DNA of 62,127 nucleotides from Thermoanaerobaculia bacterium (GTDB lineage Bacteria; Acidobacteriota; Thermoanaerobaculia; Gp7-AA8): NCBI GenBank assembly GCA_036387915.1, contig DASVSV010000208.1, positions 1 to 62,127 of the forward strand, read 5' to 3'. Shown piece by piece: positions 59,300 to 62,127 of this stretch (position 1 is its first letter; each line of letters starts with the position of its first letter). The notes under the pieces were generated by a model. It saw only the letters and a program-made list of their open reading frames with translations, ran no database searches and was not told where the DNA came from. The position numbers and the translations under genes were made by a program.

Positions 59300-61962
59300 T
59301 ATTCTTTGGCGTCGTACCAGCTCTTCCCCCAGTGCGCGTCGACGGCCAGCGGCACGGCCAGCGGGAAGACGTTCTCCATCGTCTCTTTCACGATTCCCGC
59401 CACCTCGGCAGCGCTCGTCTCCGGCGCCTCGATCACGATTTCGTCGTGCACGGTGAGCAGCATCCGCGCGCCGGAGCCGTGCTCGCCGAGGTTGCGCTCG
59501 AGGGCGATCATGGCCATCTTCAGGATGTCCGCGGCCGTGCCCTGGATGGGCGCGTTCGTGGCCATCCGCTCCGCGTTGCCGCGCACGGTGAACGAGCGGT
59601 TCTGAATTTCGGGGATGTATCGCACGCGGCCGAAGAGCGTCGTCACTTTCCCCGTCGCGCGCGCCTCGTCGAGCGTGCGGTCGAGGTACTCCTGGATCTT
59701 CGGATAGCGCGCAAAGTACGCCTCGATCCAGTCCTTGGCCTGCGTGCCGGAGATCCCGAGCTCGTTCGCCAGGCGGAACGACGACATGCCGTACAGCACG
59801 CCGAAGTTGATCACCTTCGCCCCGCGGCGCTGCTCCGCGGTCAGCTCATCCTCGGGGATGTTGAACATCTTCGAGGCGGTGGCGCGATGGATGTCCGCGC
59901 CGCGCCGGAAGGTCTCGATCAGCGACTCATCCTGCGAAATGTGCGCGAGGATGCGCAGCTCGACCTGCGAGTAATCGGCGGAGAGCAGCACCCAGCCTTC
60001 GTCCGCGACGAACGCCTTCCGGATCTCGCGGCCGAGCTGCGTGCGGATGGGGATGTTCTGCAGGTTCGGGTCGGATGACGACAGCCGTCCCGTTGCGGCG
60101 ACGGCCTGATTGAAGGTCGTGTGCACGCGGCCGTCGCGGCCGACGAGCAGCGGCAGCGCGTCGACGTACGTCCCCTTCAGCTTGTGCAGCTCGCGATGCT
60201 GCAGGATCAGCCGCGGCACCGCGAAGCCGTGGCTGGCCAGTTCTTCGAGCACTTCGACGCTGGTCGAGTAGCTCTTGGTAGTCTTCGTTTTCTTGATGAC
60301 GGGGTAGTTCAGCTTCTCGAACAGCACGTGCCCGAGCTGCAGCGGCGAGTTGATGTTGAACTCCATCCCCGCCTCGGCGTAGACCTGCTTCTCCAGCTCC
60401 GCGATCTGCGCGCCCATCGTGTTGGCCATCGTGCGCAGCAGGTCGACGTCGATGCGGATGCCGCGTTCTTCCATCGCCGCGAGCACGGGAAAGAGCGGCA
60501 TCTCGATGCGCTCGTAGATGTCGTTGAGCGCGGCGTCGCGGCGCAGCTCGGGCTCGAGCACGGCGCGCAGCGCGACGATCACGTCCGTCTTCTCGCCGAG
60601 GTATTGCTGGTAGGGGCTGAGGAGCGAGGAGCCGATCTCGTGATCGAGCGCGAACAGCGGCGCGGTCTTCTGCACGTCCTTGCGCGTGGAGATGTCCTGC
60701 TTGAGGCGATCGCGGGCGATGTTGCCGAGAGCGTGGCTGGGGAGGCCGGGGTTGATGACGTAGGACGTCAGCATCACGTCGTCCCAGCGGGTGGGCACGG
60801 GCATTTGCGCCGCGCGCAAACGGCGCGACTGGGCCTTGGCGTCGTAGGTGACGAAGAGGCGGTCGCTGGCGAGCACTTCGCGCAGCGCCTCGGTGAGCTC
60901 GCTCGTACCGCCGACGTCGCGCCGCAGCGGGATCAGCAGCGACTCAGACGCCTTCACGGAAAGCGACGCGGCCATCGGCGCGTCGAAGCCGTCGACGGTC
61001 TCCGGCTCGAGCCAGATCGCCAGCGCGTCGTGGCCTTTCACGAACTCGCGGATTTCCTCCGCGGTCACGGCAATGCGGAAGTCCTTCGCCACCGCCGGTG
61101 CCTCGGGGAGGAACTCCTGCATCAGCGACGCGAACTCGAGCCGCGAGAAGATGTCGTGCAGCTTGGGGCGATCGGGATCGGTGCGCTTCAGCGTCTCGAA
61201 GTCGATGTTCAGGTCGAGGTCGCACTTGATGCGCGCGAGCTCCTTCGAGAGGTACGCCTTCTCCCGGTTCTCCTCGAGCTTCGTCCGCTGCGCGGCCTTC
61301 TTGATCTGGTCGAGATTCTCGTAGACGCCGTCGAGCGAGCCGAACTGCTGGATCAGCCCCTTCGCCCCTTTCTCGCCGATGCCGGGGACGCCCGGGATGT
61401 TGTCAATGGCGTCGCCCCAGATGGCCATCACGTCGACCACTTTCTCCGGCGGCAACCCGAACGCCTCGGTCACGCCGGCGGCGTCGTACATCGTCTCGCG
61501 GCCGGTGTGGTAGAGGCGGATGCCGTCGCCGACGAGCTGGAAAAAGTCCTTGTCGCTGGTGGCAATGACGACGTCGTAGCCGCGGTCACGGGCGGTGCAG
61601 GCCAGCGAGCCGATGAAATCGTCGGCCTCCCATTCGACCGAGCGGATGACCGGGATCCGGAAGCCCTCGAGCACCTCGTAGACCAGCGGCACCTGCACGA
61701 CCAGGTCGTCGGGCATCGGCTTGCGGTCCTTCTTGTAGTCGGCGAACTGACTCGTGCGCGCCGTCTCCTGCCCCTCGTCGAAGGCGACGGCGATGCAGTC
61801 GGGATCGTGGTCCTTGAGCAGCTTCCGCAACGTGGTGACGAAGCCATAGACCGCGTTCGTGGCGAAACCGGACGAGTTCGTCAGGTGGCGGATGGCGTAG
61901 TACGAACGGTAGATGTTGTTCGAGCCGTCGATGATGAACAAACTGGGGCGTTTCTTCGGCAT
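59299..61962 (-). CDS. polA: DNA polymerase I
   Basis: 887 aa with a 5'-3' exonuclease N-terminus (LFIIDGSNNIYRSYYA), a 3'-5' exo-like region, and polymerase motifs A/B/C (DYSQVELRILAH, RRGAKVINFGVLYG, VHDEIV). Confidence 0.97.
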   Translation of the reverse strand: MPKKRPSLFIIDGSNNIYRSYYAIRHLTNSSGFATNAVYGFVTTLRKLLKDHDPDCIAVAFDEGQETARTSQFADYKKDRKPMPDDLVVQVPLVYEVLEGFRIPVIRSVEWEADDFIGSLACTARDRGYDVVIATSDKDFFQLVGDGIRLYHTGRETMYDAAGVTEAFGLPPEKVVDVMAIWGDAIDNIPGVPGIGEKGAKGLIQQFGSLDGVYENLDQIKKAAQRTKLEENREKAYLSKELARIKCDLDLNIDFETLKRTDPDRPKLHDIFSRLEFASLMQEFLPEAPAVAKDFRIAVTAEEIREFVKGHDALAIWLEPETVDGFDAPMAASLSVKASESLLIPLRRDVGGTSELTEALREVLASDRLFVTYDAKAQSRRLRAAQMPVPTRWDDVMLTSYVINPGLPSHALGNIARDRLKQDISTRKDVQKTAPLFALDHEIGSSLLSPYQQYLGEKTDVIVALRAVLEPELRRDAALNDIYERIEMPLFPVLAAMEERGIRIDVDLLRTMANTMGAQIAELEKQVYAEAGMEFNINSPLQLGHVLFEKLNYPVIKKTKTTKSYSTSVEVLEELASHGFAVPRLILQHRELHKLKGTYVDALPLLVGRDGRVHTTFNQAVAATGRLSSSDPNLQNIPIRTQLGREIRKAFVADEGWVLLSADYSQVELRILAHISQDESLIETFRRGADIHRATASKMFNIPEDELTAEQRRGAKVINFGVLYGMSSFRLANELGISGTQAKDWIEAYFARYPKIQEYLDRTLDEARATGKVTTLFGRVRYIPEIQNRSFTVRGNAERMATNAPIQGTAADILKMAMIALERNLGEHGSGARMLLTVHDEIVIEAPETSAAEVAGIVKETMENVFPLAVPLAVDAHWGKSWYDAKE

Positions 61963-61978
61963 TGCGCGGCAGCGTATG

Positions 61979-62071
61979 GAGAAAAGAGGAAAGAGGAAAG
62001 AGGAAAGGTGAGGCGGTCCGGGCCGCGGAGCGGCCGCGTTCTCTTTCCTCTTTTCTCTTTCCTCTTTTCTC
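61979..62071. repeat. Near-perfect 29-bp inverted repeat built from tandem AGGAAAG/AGAAAAG heptamers around a 35-nt GC-rich loop, upstream of polA
   Basis: 61979-62007 (GAGAAAAGAGGAAAGAGGAAAGAGGAAAG) matches the reverse complement of 62043-62071 at 28 of 29 positions. The loop contains GCGGCCGC-type palindromes. Confidence 0.8.
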
Positions 62072-62088
62072 TCGGGCCCTAAAGCACT

Positions 62089-62110
62089 AACGGACCCTTT
62101 CGGGTCCGTT
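62089..62110. terminator. Small hairpin AACGGACCC-TTTC-GGGTCCGTT at the window edge (possible terminator of a gene outside the window)
   Basis: 9-bp stem with a 4-nt loop. The flanking T-tract is weak on either strand. Confidence 0.3.
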
Positions 62111-62127
62111 GTGGTACTTCAGAGCTG

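Overview
This is a high-GC bacterial chromosomal window. Gene style suggests a soil diderm such as Acidobacteriota, but the taxonomy is only a guess. No rRNA, tRNA, CRISPR array, transposase or integrase was found. The flanks are ordinary housekeeping and accessory genes: an ABC-2 permease, an FHA protein, an M49-like peptidase, an acyl-CoA dehydrogenase, folE, a SpoIIE phosphatase, lepB, a rhodanese, a ParE toxin-antitoxin pair, eno, MarR, a transsulfuration pair, DUF72, selB and polA. The centre (15202-51786, 36.6 kb, about 59% of the window) is one minus-strand operon of four tightly coupled genes. (1) A 283-aa secreted protein of unknown family. (2) A 5,941-aa Sec-signal, mostly-beta giant with more than 10 carboxypeptidase-regulatory-like domains, Ig-like domains, three glycine-rich beta-helix-like modules and four tandem LVIVD-propeller-plus-Ig modules. 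(3) A 5,815-aa Sec-signal giant with a LamG-like domain, about 14 Ig-like domains, a TTR-like domain, a propeller-like region, a roughly 1,640-aa RHS/YD shell with a canonical RHS core end, and a 273-aa C-terminal extension whose last ~125 aa look TNT/ART-like. (4) A 149-aa putative immunity gene overlapping by ATGA. No PAAR, VgrG, TPS, T1SS or T9SS markers are visible. I flag this operon as the candidate undescribed system: a Sec-dependent, teneurin/Tc-like giant polymorphic toxin paired with a giant propeller adhesin. Secondary signals are listed as findings. They include a family of low-GC inverted repeats built from tandem heptamers, a duplicated terminator cassette behind two convergent genes, a 49-bp-arm inverted repeat after folE, an 18-nt palindromic motif shared in front of MarR and DUF72, and GGACG repeats in the operon leader. 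All domain calls come from motif recognition by eye. No database search was run.
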